Shown one piece after another: positions 37,247-46,882 of a stretch of DNA of 64,000 nt (within the stretch, counting starts at the first letter, position 1; each line of letters starts with the position of its first letter). Where the stretch lies: contig JBARZW010000065.1 in assembly GCA_049650305.1 (NCBI GenBank), positions 10,585-74,584 of the forward strand, written 5' to 3'. The notes beneath the pieces are model-generated. The model was not told where the DNA came from and did no database searches. It worked only from the letters and a program-made list of their open reading frames with translations. This DNA is from Candidatus Promineifilaceae bacterium. Its GTDB lineage: Bacteria > Chloroflexota > Anaerolineae > Promineifilales > Promineifilaceae. The position numbers were made by a program, and so were the translations under genes.

Positions 37247-38581
37247 TCAAGGCCACATTCGGTTAATTGTTCGCGGATAGGGGCTTGTCTCGCGAATATG
37301 GGGTAGTCCGCAGATCCATCGTACAGCCCTTTCGAGACCCATGCCAAAGCCACTATGGGGGACCGTCCCGTACCGTCGTAAGTCGATGTACCAGCCATAG
37401 TTGCCCATGGGCAGTTCGTGGCGCTTAATGGCCTCGATCAAGACATCGGGATCGCTCATCCGCTCGCTACCACCAATGATCTCACCATACCCTTCGGGGG
37501 CTAGCAAGTCGACGCTTTTACAGAGCTCCGGCCGACCCGGCCAAGGTTCCATATAGAAGGCTTTCACAGCAGTGGGATACCCGTAGACGAATACCGGCTT
37601 GTCGAACTGCCCGGCCAAGGCTGTTTCATGGGGTGACCCGAAGTCTTCACCCCACGAAATCTCCAGCAATTCCCTTTCTTCCGGATCCTCTATACTGTCT
37701 CTCAACGCGTGCAATCGATCGATGGCCTCGTCATAACTGATTCGGGGAAAGGGCGATCGTACATTCTCCAGGGCTGAAGTATCTCGTTCCAACATCTCCA
37801 GTTCCACGCGGCGTTCTTGTAGCGTCGTCTGGACGATGTAGGTGACAAATGCTTCCTCAAAATCCATCATATCGTCCAGGTCAAAGAAAGCCATCTCAGG
37901 CTCGACCATCCAGAACTCCGCCAGGTGGCGGCGAGTCTTCGATTTCTCCGCCCGAAACGTCGGACCGAAGCAATAGACTTTGCCGAAGGCCATGATATTT
38001 GCTTCGTTGTACAGCTGTCCTGTTTGGGCTAAATAGGCCGTCTGGTCGAAGTATTCGACCTCGAAGAGCGAACTTGTTCCCTCTACCGCTGAAGGAGTGA
38101 TTATCGGTGTGTCTATGTTTAGAAAACCGTTGTCATCAAGGAAATCGATGATGGATCTCTTGACTGTGGTTCGAATGCGCATGATCGCCCATTGTAGACT
38201 CGATCGCAGCCACAGATGGCGCTGGTCCATGAGAAATTCTACGCCGTGTTCTTTTGGCCCAATCGGATAATCAACAGCGTTCTGGTAAATCTCAATTTTC
38301 TGGATCCCTATTTCATAGCCGCCGGGAATTCCCGGGGCGCGCGCGTCCGCCTTCACCATTCCAGTGATACTCAGCGACGACTCTTGACCTAAACGTTTGA
38401 TCTCCTCGAATACGTCGTCACCAAGATCAGGCCGGAATGCTACACATTGAACAATACCCGTTCCATCACGAAGCCGAAGGAATTGAATCTTTCCCTTCCC
38501 GGTCTTGAGATAAAGCCAGCCGCGAATGGTTACTTCCTGTCCGACGTGCTCTGTAATTTTGTCAATTGTTATTGTGCTCAT
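37247..38581 (-). CDS. asnS: Asparagine--tRNA ligase
   Basis: Class IIb synthetase of 444 aa. Motif 2 region FRAEKSKTRRHLAEFWMVEPEMAF is the AsnRS-type EFWM.EPE pattern; motif 3 is GFGMGLER. Confidence 0.85.
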   Translation of the reverse strand: MSTITIDKITEHVGQEVTIRGWLYLKTGKGKIQFLRLRDGTGIVQCVAFRPDLGDDVFEEIKRLGQESSLSITGMVKADARAPGIPGGYEIGIQKIEIYQNAVDYPIGPKEHGVEFLMDQRHLWLRSSLQWAIMRIRTTVKRSIIDFLDDNGFLNIDTPIITPSAVEGTSSLFEVEYFDQTAYLAQTGQLYNEANIMAFGKVYCFGPTFRAEKSKTRRHLAEFWMVEPEMAFFDLDDMMDFEEAFVTYIVQTTLQERRVELEMLERDTSALENVRSPFPRISYDEAIDRLHALRDSIEDPEERELLEISWGEDFGSPHETALAGQFDKPVFVYGYPTAVKAFYMEPWPGRPELCKSVDLLAPEGYGEIIGGSERMSDPDVLIEAIKRHELPMGNYGWYIDLRRYGTVPHSGFGMGLERAVRWICGLPHIRETSPYPRTINRMWP

Positions 38582-38878
38582 GATTTGTTCCTAATGAATG
38601 GGATCAGCGGGTCGTATTCTAACAACTTCGTCGAGTGATTCAAGTGAAGTTGAACCTCAGAGCGCCATAAAGATCCAGAGATGGGTAAGAATAGAACGGT
38701 AGATCAGCTGCGATTCGGGTAAGAGATGGCCTGCCCGAGGTTTCGAGACAATGGCCAATTTGCTTAATCGGTAGAACAAAAATCGGCCGACTGGTGCTCC
38801 ATATCCCCACATGTCACTAGAAATCCGACTCTTTTCCTGAGTATGGGCAACAAGTGCAATTTCCAACAAAAGGCACTG

Positions 38879-39850
38879 TTATCGAAGAAGTGCGAGACCC
38901 GGGTGCGATCGGCGAAGGTAGGCGACGCGCTGACCTAATCGGGACGGTTGGAAACCAAAATAGCGAAGAACCGAATCTAGGGGTGCTACTTCTGGGACAG
39001 AGTAACGATCCATAGCGAAGCGGGTTACCGGCGGATGCCGCCACCAACCGAAGAGAAGCATTGAGATGGGCCGGACCAACTTTATACCTGGCGAAATAGC
39101 TACTCGCCTCATTCCAGCCGTCAGCATCACCTGTCGAACGATTTCCGCGTAGCGGATACGTTCGGCACCCGCTAGCTCGATCGTCTCGCCAACCAAATCG
39201 GTGCGATCAAGGCAGGCAACAAGACAGCGGACCAAATCTTCGACCCACAGCGGCTGTAATGCGACCCGCCCCTTCCCAGGTACCCAGACAAATGGCCACG
39301 ACCAGGCAGCCAAACCGGCGATCACATTTAGAAATCGGTCATCACGACCAAACAAAGTCGCCGATCTCACTAATGTATAGGGGATGCCGCTCTCTATGAT
39401 CTGTCGCTCAACCAGGCCCTTGGCCCTGAGCAAGGCGAAATGAGAATTGGGATTGGCGCTCAAACGACTGATAACGATGATGCGCCGGACCCCGGATAAC
39501 CGGCATTCCTTGAGCAAGCTCTCCGTCCCCTCCACATCAACGCGCTGCAAGAGGCGAATTTGGTTTCTCGATTCCGCACTTGCCAGGTGGACAACGGCAT
39601 CGACGTCGACGAGCTGCGCCCGCAACACGAGTGAATCATCGATCCGCCCACGGTAGATCTTATAAGGTCTGTTTTCCTGTTTCAGTACCTCGGTCAGAGA
39701 CCGGCCGATGAACCCGGTTCCACCGGTAACTAGTATCACGCCGCCAATTCTATTTGGTAAGTAGCAGCCTGTAAACATCTCGACAAGACGAGGCGAGGAA
39801 TCAACCGGTTTCGCGATCTGTCCGCGGTTTATATCGCAGGCTATAATCAC
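38879..39850 (-). CDS. NAD(P)-binding SDR/epimerase-like protein (NDUFA9-like family)
   Basis: ILVTGGTGFIGRSL Rossmann motif. The start is uncertain: GTG 39850 or ATG 39778. Confidence 0.75.
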   Translation of the reverse strand: MIIACDINRGQIAKPVDSSPRLVEMFTGCYLPNRIGGVILVTGGTGFIGRSLTEVLKQENRPYKIYRGRIDDSLVLRAQLVDVDAVVHLASAESRNQIRLLQRVDVEGTESLLKECRLSGVRRIIVISRLSANPNSHFALLRAKGLVERQIIESGIPYTLVRSATLFGRDDRFLNVIAGLAAWSWPFVWVPGKGRVALQPLWVEDLVRCLVACLDRTDLVGETIELAGAERIRYAEIVRQVMLTAGMRRVAISPGIKLVRPISMLLFGWWRHPPVTRFAMDRYSVPEVAPLDSVLRYFGFQPSRLGQRVAYLRRSHPGLALLR

Positions 39851-39854
39851 CTCT

Positions 39855-40988
39855 ATGCAGCGCTACTGTCTTATCGGACCAACCCACCCGTTTCGGGGGG
39901 GGATCGCTCATTACACGACTCTGTTAGCCCGACATCTGAGGGTCGATAGAGAGCTTCTCTTCATATCGTTCACGCGCCAGTATCCGAGGTGGCTCTTCCC
40001 AGGACGAAGCGATCGTGATCCCAGCCACGAACCATTAATGGCAGATGCAGAATACCTGCTCGATCCCATCAATCCCTTAAGTTGGAGACGCGTACTCAGA
40101 CGTATAGCGGAATTCCGAGCCGAGGCCGTAGTCATCCCCTGGTGGGTTCCTTATTGGGCTCCAGCCTGGTCAACTATCGGTAGACGGATCAACAGGCTGC
40201 CTGAGTCTCCAAAGCTCCTTTATATCTGCCATAACGTTTACCCCCACGAAAGTAAACGCTGGGACAGGGCTGCGGCGAAGATAGCTCTGTCACCCGGAGA
40301 CGGGTATATCGTTCACGCTTCGACGGACGAACAAAAGCTCCTCGATCTGTTTCCAGGAGCAAGAGTTAGGGTGACACCCCTGCCATCGATTTCGGACCTG
40401 CTTACCGTCGAGCAAGCTCCCTTGCCGGTGCAGGTACCCGATGACCGGCCGTTACTACTTTTCTGTGGCTTCGTTAGGCCATATAAGGGCCTGGATATTT
40501 TGCTTGATGCGCTTCCCTCTGTACTGGAAAATCAGAATGTTCACCTCCTTATCGCCGGAGAATTTTGGGAGGGAGGTGATGTCTACCGGACGCAAATTGA
40601 GGAGCTTGGCCTGGCCGATGCAGTGACCATCATCGATCGGTACATACCTAATGAGCTATTAGCCACTTGCGTCGATCGAGCCGCCGTTGTCGTGCTGCCT
40701 TATCGAAGCGCGACCCAGAGCGGCATCGTTCAGTTGGCATTCGGGAAAAATACACCGGTCATCACTACTGACGTCGGTGGACTTGCGGAGTCGGTAGATC
40801 ATGGACGAACGGGTATGGTGGTCCCACCAGAAGATTCGAGCGCCCTTGCTGATGCCATCGTTCAATATTTCGACCAGGATCTAGGCCCGCAATTTGAACA
40901 GAATATCAAGAATGATTCGGAGCGATTCGGTTGGAAACGGCTGATCGTTCAGCTGGAAGAGCTTGCCGGCCCCGAAGCCGGTGTATAA
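39855..40988 (+). CDS. Glycosyltransferase family 4 (GT-B)
   Basis: C-terminal GT1/GT4 core (PYKGLDILL, LPYRSATQSGIVQLA, GGLAESV). Confidence 0.8.
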   Translation: MQRYCLIGPTHPFRGGIAHYTTLLARHLRVDRELLFISFTRQYPRWLFPGRSDRDPSHEPLMADAEYLLDPINPLSWRRVLRRIAEFRAEAVVIPWWVPYWAPAWSTIGRRINRLPESPKLLYICHNVYPHESKRWDRAAAKIALSPGDGYIVHASTDEQKLLDLFPGARVRVTPLPSISDLLTVEQAPLPVQVPDDRPLLLFCGFVRPYKGLDILLDALPSVLENQNVHLLIAGEFWEGGDVYRTQIEELGLADAVTIIDRYIPNELLATCVDRAAVVVLPYRSATQSGIVQLAFGKNTPVITTDVGGLAESVDHGRTGMVVPPEDSSALADAIVQYFDQDLGPQFEQNIKNDSERFGWKRLIVQLEELAGPEAGV

Positions 40989-41000
40989 TGTCACTGATCC

Positions 41001-41900
41001 ATGAGCTTCTCAACGTCCATTATCATCCCATCACTTAACTCACCAATCATCGATCGGGTTATTGCTCGTGTCCTAAGACAAGCGCGGGAACAGCCGAATT
41101 GCGACGTCATCGTCGTAGGAAAGGATGACGCGGGTCTGCTGAGGGCGAACGAGGCGATCACCTTCATAGATACCGGCGTTCCGGTTCTGGCGGGAGTCGC
41201 TCGAAATAGGGGCATCACAGCCACGGACGCTGAAGTATTGATATTCCTCGACAGTGACTGTATCCCCGAGCCACATTGGTTATCGGAACACCTCGCTGCC
41301 CAGGAATCTGGCCATCGTGTGGTCAGCGGTGGCATCGTACCGGCCGGCGACAACTACTGGCATTTGGTCTATAACCTGACTTTGTTCCATGAGGTGCTGA
41401 ACGTCGTTCCACCTGGACCACGCGATTTTTTGGCTACATTGAATCTCTCGGTGCATCGATCTGTCATCGAGACCGCCGGCGCCATGGACGAGGATGTAGA
41501 TCGGGGCGAGGATGTTGACTGGACGACTCGCATGCGTAAGGCAGGTATTCAGCCCTACTTCTGGCCCAAGGCAGCAATCTACCACGAACACAACCGTCGT
41601 ACCATGTCCACGGTATGGCGAGACTGCGCCCTATCAGGATTTCATATGAGGCGTCTCCGTTTGGAACACTCAGGTTGGCTTCAAGCACCGCGACTGCTGC
41701 GATATCGAAGGCTGGTTCTAATCCTCTCGCCCTTTATCGCTGCCTGGGCAACGATGCGCATTATCTTTCGGCGACCGGTGATCCTTCGCCGTTTTCCCTT
41801 CACGATTCCAGCGATTTTTCTGACGAAGATCGCCTGGTGTTGGGGGGCGAGTCGATCTTCTGCACCTGCTCAATGCTTCAGCGAGGAGGCAGACCATTGA
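41001..41900 (+). CDS. Glycosyltransferase family 2
   Basis: SIIIPSLNS, FLDSDC and GEDVDW motifs with a C-terminal hydrophobic segment. Confidence 0.8.
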   Translation: MSFSTSIIIPSLNSPIIDRVIARVLRQAREQPNCDVIVVGKDDAGLLRANEAITFIDTGVPVLAGVARNRGITATDAEVLIFLDSDCIPEPHWLSEHLAAQESGHRVVSGGIVPAGDNYWHLVYNLTLFHEVLNVVPPGPRDFLATLNLSVHRSVIETAGAMDEDVDRGEDVDWTTRMRKAGIQPYFWPKAAIYHEHNRRTMSTVWRDCALSGFHMRRLRLEHSGWLQAPRLLRYRRLVLILSPFIAAWATMRIIFRRPVILRRFPFTIPAIFLTKIAWCWGASRSSAPAQCFSEEADH

Positions 41901-42034
41901 CGCTTCCAAATTTCTTGATTATTGGCACTGCGAAATCAAGCACAACGTCTCTGTATCATTACCTGAACGAACATCGCCATGTCTATATGAGCCCCAAAAA
42001 GGAAACCGATTTCCTTGCCTATCGTGAAAAATAA
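41897..42034 (+). pseudogene. Sulfotransferase N-terminal stump (46 codons, PAPS 5-prime-phosphosulfate-binding loop only)
   Basis: TTG 41897 lies 7 nt after GAGGAGG (41883-41889). The translation LTLPNFLIIGTAKSSTTSLYHYLNEHRHVYMSPKKETDFLAYREK then hits a stop. It matches the PNF.I.G..K.GTTSL start of bacterial sulfotransferases, but the rest of the domain is absent. Confidence 0.5.
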
Positions 42035-42172
42035 TCTATCGTTAAAAGTTGGAGCTCTCCTCCTGCAATGAGCATTAACTTGATTGTGACTTTGAGAGAA
42101 TTCGCAAGCAATTCAATGGCGTCACAATCTGGAATAACAGTCACAAAACACTGATCTAGTTCAAGGTCCCCC

Positions 42173-42207
42173 AAAAAAAACAGAGGGGCAAGATATCTTG
42201 CCCCTCT
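42173..42207 (-). terminator. Rho-independent terminator of the secreted-protein gene
   Basis: Perfect palindrome AGAGGGGCAAGAT/ATCTTGCCCCTCT (42182-42207), followed on the minus strand by T8 (A8 at 42173-42180). It lies 35 nt past the stop at 42242. Confidence 0.8.
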
Positions 42208-42241
42208 TCTGATAGCAACAGAACGCTAAATGTTAGACGAA

Positions 42242-43756
42242 CTAGGGTTGTGGCGCAGCGTTGTATGAGCTTGCGCGATCTGTATAGACAATGTTAGCCG
42301 TGGCTACAAACTCCGCAGTCGCGTCGCCTATCTTGACGGTGATGCCACCAATGAAATTGGTGCCAAGGGCGTTAAAATCGCTCGCAGCTAGGTCACCACC
42401 ATTGTTAGTGTTCAGTCCAACGGCTGCGCCTGGCGCGAGGTTACTTGGTAACTGGTTACCGGTAAAAGACGCTACTGTAGTGCCGGCTGTATCGACATAC
42501 TCAATGAGAATGTCCGATCGAGCGATTGTACCAGTACCGACGTTCTGGAGGTTAAGCGAGGACCATTGTTTCAAGCCACCTGATCCGTAATTCAATCGAT
42601 ATTGAGCCGGTAGGAACAAGACACTGTCCGCTTTCTCTTGCGGAATCAAGGCGTACATCGTCTGCTTTGCTTCCTTGCCCCAGCGAGTAATGCCTGTTCC
42701 AACGAGAGGAATATTGTTATCAGAAATGATCTTGACCGATCCATCCCAGTCTCCATTGGGAAGCAGAGCATTAAACACATTAGGATTGAAATCTCCACCA
42801 TTATAGTTGTTCGCGCCGACTGCTGAACCAGGTGCGATGGTCCAGGTAAGCGTTAGATCTAGGGCGCCTGTATCACGATTGTAATACTCAATCGTGATAG
42901 GAGCCGACACGGTAGAGCTGGTATTCTGGATATTCACTGCCGAAAGAAGGGTTGGATCGCTACCTTGAACAATCGGCTGGCCTTGATTATACCGGAAGGA
43001 TGAGGGAGCGTATAGCACCGTACCCTGGTCACTGTTGTTTAGCGCCTGATAAGCGGACGATTCCTGAATCCGTGTGGCAGTCGACGCCCCAGCCAGCAAG
43101 TTTCCATTAACTGACGAAACAGTTACTGACCCGTCCCTGTAGTTAGCAGGAATGGTGCCACCGGGCCAGTCAGCAGGATTGCAACCGCAGTAGGTCTTCG
43201 AGCCATTGGCACCAAGTGTATCGGTTTTCGTGCCGATGAACGTGCCATCTCGCCTGAAGAAATCCAGCTCAATTGTAGCGGGAGTATTTTCAGTATTCTG
43301 GACGGTGATCCGGGATACTATGAACTCGAAAGCCCAAAACGAGGGGAAGAAAATGGTATCGGTACCCACAGATGCTCCGTTGTAAGCACCCTGTGTCGTA
43401 CCGTCAGAGGCGCCGGAAACTGAAGTATTCCGTATGCTGGTGACCGCTGCCACCGGCCGATCGGATGAAATCACCGCTGCGCCCTGGAATCCTGGGGGAA
43501 GAGGCTCAGCCTCAGTCTTTACCTCTACTACTGATTTAGGCGATATTGTTACCACTGCATTTGTATAAACAAGGCTACCGGCCTGGTCGTAGTAATCAAT
43601 CTGCACAGTAGCAGTTTCACCGGTTCCAGTCGCGAGATTCTGGAGAATCGCATTTGTCACCGAGACGCCCGGATCTGGAAAAGATCCTTGCGCACCAACA
43701 ATACCGACGGCAACTAATAAGAGCACCACTATAAAAATAAGGGTTCCTTTCTTCAT
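42242..43756 (-). CDS. Secreted protein with four internal repeats of about 115 aa (unknown family)
   Basis: Signal peptide MKKGTLIFIVVLLLVAVGIVGAQG. A repeated core [LIV]QN-x7-9-[IL]-x-[YFIL]-[YFV] occurs four times (ILQNLATGTGETATVQIDYY, VQNTENTPATIELDFF, IQNTSSTVSAPITIEYY, LQNVGTGTIARSDILIEYV). AGGAGG RBS. Confidence 0.75.
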   Translation of the reverse strand: MKKGTLIFIVVLLLVAVGIVGAQGSFPDPGVSVTNAILQNLATGTGETATVQIDYYDQAGSLVYTNAVVTISPKSVVEVKTEAEPLPPGFQGAAVISSDRPVAAVTSIRNTSVSGASDGTTQGAYNGASVGTDTIFFPSFWAFEFIVSRITVQNTENTPATIELDFFRRDGTFIGTKTDTLGANGSKTYCGCNPADWPGGTIPANYRDGSVTVSSVNGNLLAGASTATRIQESSAYQALNNSDQGTVLYAPSSFRYNQGQPIVQGSDPTLLSAVNIQNTSSTVSAPITIEYYNRDTGALDLTLTWTIAPGSAVGANNYNGGDFNPNVFNALLPNGDWDGSVKIISDNNIPLVGTGITRWGKEAKQTMYALIPQEKADSVLFLPAQYRLNYGSGGLKQWSSLNLQNVGTGTIARSDILIEYVDTAGTTVASFTGNQLPSNLAPGAAVGLNTNNGGDLAASDFNALGTNFIGGITVKIGDATAEFVATANIVYTDRASSYNAAPQP

Positions 43757-43933
43757 TAACGTTTCCTCCTACGAAACAGATATCTTCTCTTCTAATGATT
43801 AAACCATATCTTCAGTTCAATTTTTCATCAATTACCCTTTTGGGCTATTTAGGTATTATTAACGGTTCAGCTGGGTAATATTAGCCTACGTTCTATACAA
43901 TATCTAATAGGGAGAGGATTAAATTCAAGTTAA

Positions 43934-45133
43934 TCAGATCCTAGATACCCGAGAGAGGTAAATTTCCAATTCCGCAACCGTTTCAGACCAATTGTACTGA
44001 CTACGCACAAATTGCTTTCCATGCACAGCCAGAGATAGCCAGAGTTCGTCGTTTGTAAGTATACGAATTACCGCCTCAGCGAACTTCACAGGATCCACAG
44101 GCACGACGAGAAGGTCCCTATCTGGTTGAGCCTCAATTCCAGATATACCTTGTGGCGTGCTCACCGTTGGTCGGCCCGCTGCCATCCCGTTAAGTGTCTT
44201 TACGATGATCCCTCCACCGATGAACAGCGGTACAACATTTACCGCACACTGCTCATAATACGGCTTCAAGCTCGGCACTTCGCCTGTCACGATTATGCTG
44301 GAATCATCTCCCAAATCCCGAATGACTTTAGAGGGTGCATCGCCGACGATGAGGAAGATTGCGTCAGGAATTGCACTCTTAACTAATGGGAAAACCTCGT
44401 TAATAAAAAACAGAACCGCAGATGCGTTCTTTGGATTTTCCAAGGCTCCCATGAAAAGGATCTTGTTTCCTTCCGGGCGTTTCGACTCTATTGGCAATAA
44501 TTCTGATAATCCCTCGAACCAGGGTGAAATTACGGCTATTTCCTTGCCCGATATCCTGTGAACAAGCCAGTCGCGCTCATTCTTTGAACGAACCAGTACC
44601 CCATCACATCTTTGTATCGTCATGAATTCGAACAATCTTGTACGCTTCCATTCAAGCCAGGCAATCTGCCGCTGTAAAGTATTCCTCTTTATTCTGTATT
44701 CCTGGAATGCGACTCGCGAGTAGATATCTATCTCGTCGATAATCCGCCTCTCTCGGGGGAGCATCCACGCGTAGAGAGCCATCGTTCCTTCAATGACCAC
44801 TACATGGTATTTAGGGTCGGTAGTCAATGTTCGTAACGCTCTGGCATATGACAGTGATACATTTCGACCATACACTTTGGGAAATAGAACTCGCCATACA
44901 GCTCGCCGCAGTCGCGAAAATAAATCATCCGGATCATAGGGCACAGCAACAACTTGCTTGCATACACTCTTCATGTATCTGACCGCTTTACTTTGTTCGG
45001 ATGTGACAAATGCAATTAGTGAAACGTCATGTTTCTTGCTTAATGCTTCAATATAGTGGACTTGATCCTGCGCTCCACTAGTCCGAAATATTGGATGGGG
45101 AAGTAGGCGGGTGACGAATAGTATGTTCATCAT
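43934..45133 (-). CDS. Glycosyltransferase family 4 (GT-B)
   Basis: N-terminal MNILFVTRLLPHP and a C-terminal GT1 core (VPLFIGGGIIVKTLNGMAAGRP). Confidence 0.8.
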   Translation of the reverse strand: MMNILFVTRLLPHPIFRTSGAQDQVHYIEALSKKHDVSLIAFVTSEQSKAVRYMKSVCKQVVAVPYDPDDLFSRLRRAVWRVLFPKVYGRNVSLSYARALRTLTTDPKYHVVVIEGTMALYAWMLPRERRIIDEIDIYSRVAFQEYRIKRNTLQRQIAWLEWKRTRLFEFMTIQRCDGVLVRSKNERDWLVHRISGKEIAVISPWFEGLSELLPIESKRPEGNKILFMGALENPKNASAVLFFINEVFPLVKSAIPDAIFLIVGDAPSKVIRDLGDDSSIIVTGEVPSLKPYYEQCAVNVVPLFIGGGIIVKTLNGMAAGRPTVSTPQGISGIEAQPDRDLLVVPVDPVKFAEAVIRILTNDELWLSLAVHGKQFVRSQYNWSETVAELEIYLSRVSRI

Positions 45134-45393
45134 TAAGCAAATGAATGTTCCAGGCGAACTAATTGATGAGAAGAGGACACGTGCAGAATCCGATACGCGA
45201 GTTTTGATTGGTAACTCTTGCCAGATCGCTGCCTTCTCATTGGTTTAATTCAAGGTCGGATACCATGATGTTTCACGCAGTAAGATCCTATCCATCCATA
45301 TCGTTTTCGACTGGCAAAGTCGGATCTTTTCGCTGAATGTTATGAATTCTACCAATTCTAACAAATCCAGCGTAAGAAATTGCTACTCATAAC

Positions 45394-46830
45394 TCAACCA
45401 TCATGGTGAACGTTGCTGTCAATCAAGGAGGTTATATCCTGACGTGAAATCGTCTTTGAAACAAGCAGTAAAGATAGGAACAATGCAAGAATTACCACAC
45501 CGGCTACGATAGGATTCCAAAGTGCCAGCGGTATATAGATAACCAAACAGGTGATAACCAATATACCGGGACGAAGCAGGGCATACCGGCTATTAATCGG
45601 AATTACAGAGCGGGAGATGTGGCGCCAGTTCTGCAAATAACCCGCTAACTCCGTTACGGTCGCTGACAAACCCGCACCTAGTACTCCATATCTGGGAATC
45701 AATAAGACGTTGAGGGACAAGTTTACTACACTGCGTACTATGGCCGTATTAAGAGCCAGCTTCTCATGATTACTTGCTATGAGCATTCGGAACAGGAGTT
45801 GGCTTAGCGCTGTAAATATAAGGCTTATGGCAAGGATTCTCATCGGTGCAACTGAGTCCAAGTATTGTTCGCCAAACAATCGGACTGTAATCCATTCAGC
45901 AAGACTGATTATGGTTATCATTACTGGAAAAACACCGATAAGGATCAACTTCATCAATCTCTCGCCTATGTCAGCAAATCGCTCGATCGACGAGACATAG
46001 GCTCTCGACAAGGGCGGAAATAATGCTGTCAACGAAGCTAAGATCACCATCCTGGTGACCTCCGTTGGTATAGCTGCAGTAGCGTAAATACCAACAGTTT
46101 CCGAATCCCACCAATTCGACAGGAAGATACGATCAACCTGCTTAAAGGCTTCTCCTGTGAATACAATAAGAATGAGCGGGACGGCGAGGATAACTATCTG
46201 GCGCAGAACACTCCTGCTAATTCGAAGGCGAAAACCTGGAATGGAAACGTGAAGGACGATTAGAAGGAATGCGATGACCAACAGGCTTTGGATGGCGAAT
46301 AAAAAAAATATAACTCCGATGTGATAACCATTGGCTAGAAACAGCACTGCAAGTATTGTCCGAATTATTGTCGTAGGCAGACGAATGAAGGCGATCCATT
46401 CCATGTGCTCTAGACCATTAACTGCTGCCTCAACTACCCTTGCCTCAGCCCGTGGAAAGATATTTGTGACGATTGCGATGCCAATGAGCTGTCTCAGTTC
46501 TAGGGAGTAATCGAACACGTAAGTAACAGCTAATGCTACCAGGACAACTGGCACCGAAACAGCCGCGGTTATCAATATGGCATTGCCCAATATGGAGCCG
46601 GTATCACTTCGCCGGTTAGCGATCTCGCGGGGCAGCAATATGTCGGCCCCCCAGAAAGCAAACGGCATGAAGACAATAACGAAGGCCAGGGCTATACTAT
46701 ATTCTCCCCATGTTTCCTGGCTCTGTGTGCGAACAACATACCAGAGCAGAATAAACCCGACAGAGCGGTCAATTAGCGCGATTGAAGCTAGCGATGATGA
46801 ATTCTTAACGACGCGCCAAACCGGATTCAT
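45394..46830 (-). CDS. Oligosaccharide flippase (Wzx-like, MOP superfamily polysaccharide biosynthesis protein)
   Basis: 478 aa with roughly 12-14 predicted TM helices, located in a glycan cluster. Confidence 0.75.
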   Translation of the reverse strand: MNPVWRVVKNSSSLASIALIDRSVGFILLWYVVRTQSQETWGEYSIALAFVIVFMPFAFWGADILLPREIANRRSDTGSILGNAILITAAVSVPVVLVALAVTYVFDYSLELRQLIGIAIVTNIFPRAEARVVEAAVNGLEHMEWIAFIRLPTTIIRTILAVLFLANGYHIGVIFFLFAIQSLLVIAFLLIVLHVSIPGFRLRISRSVLRQIVILAVPLILIVFTGEAFKQVDRIFLSNWWDSETVGIYATAAIPTEVTRMVILASLTALFPPLSRAYVSSIERFADIGERLMKLILIGVFPVMITIISLAEWITVRLFGEQYLDSVAPMRILAISLIFTALSQLLFRMLIASNHEKLALNTAIVRSVVNLSLNVLLIPRYGVLGAGLSATVTELAGYLQNWRHISRSVIPINSRYALLRPGILVITCLVIYIPLALWNPIVAGVVILALFLSLLLVSKTISRQDITSLIDSNVHHDG

Positions 46831-46882
46831 TCGATCAGGCTTCCTCAGATAAGAGGCGGGTAATGGTTAATAATCCTTTGCT

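Noticed and set aside
38582-38878. T-box or other leader riboswitch upstream of asnS
   Set aside because: I looked on the minus strand for the conserved T-box sequence (GGUGGUACCGCG-like) and for a terminator/antiterminator pair and found no convincing match. The ORFs 38657..38869 and 38817..39047 also look spurious.
41615-41896. The upstream part of ORF 41615..42034 as a real 139-aa protein
   Set aside because: The first 94 codons overlap the GT2 gene out of frame and have implausible composition. Only the last 46 codons (from TTG 41897, with their own RBS) show a recognisable sulfotransferase motif.
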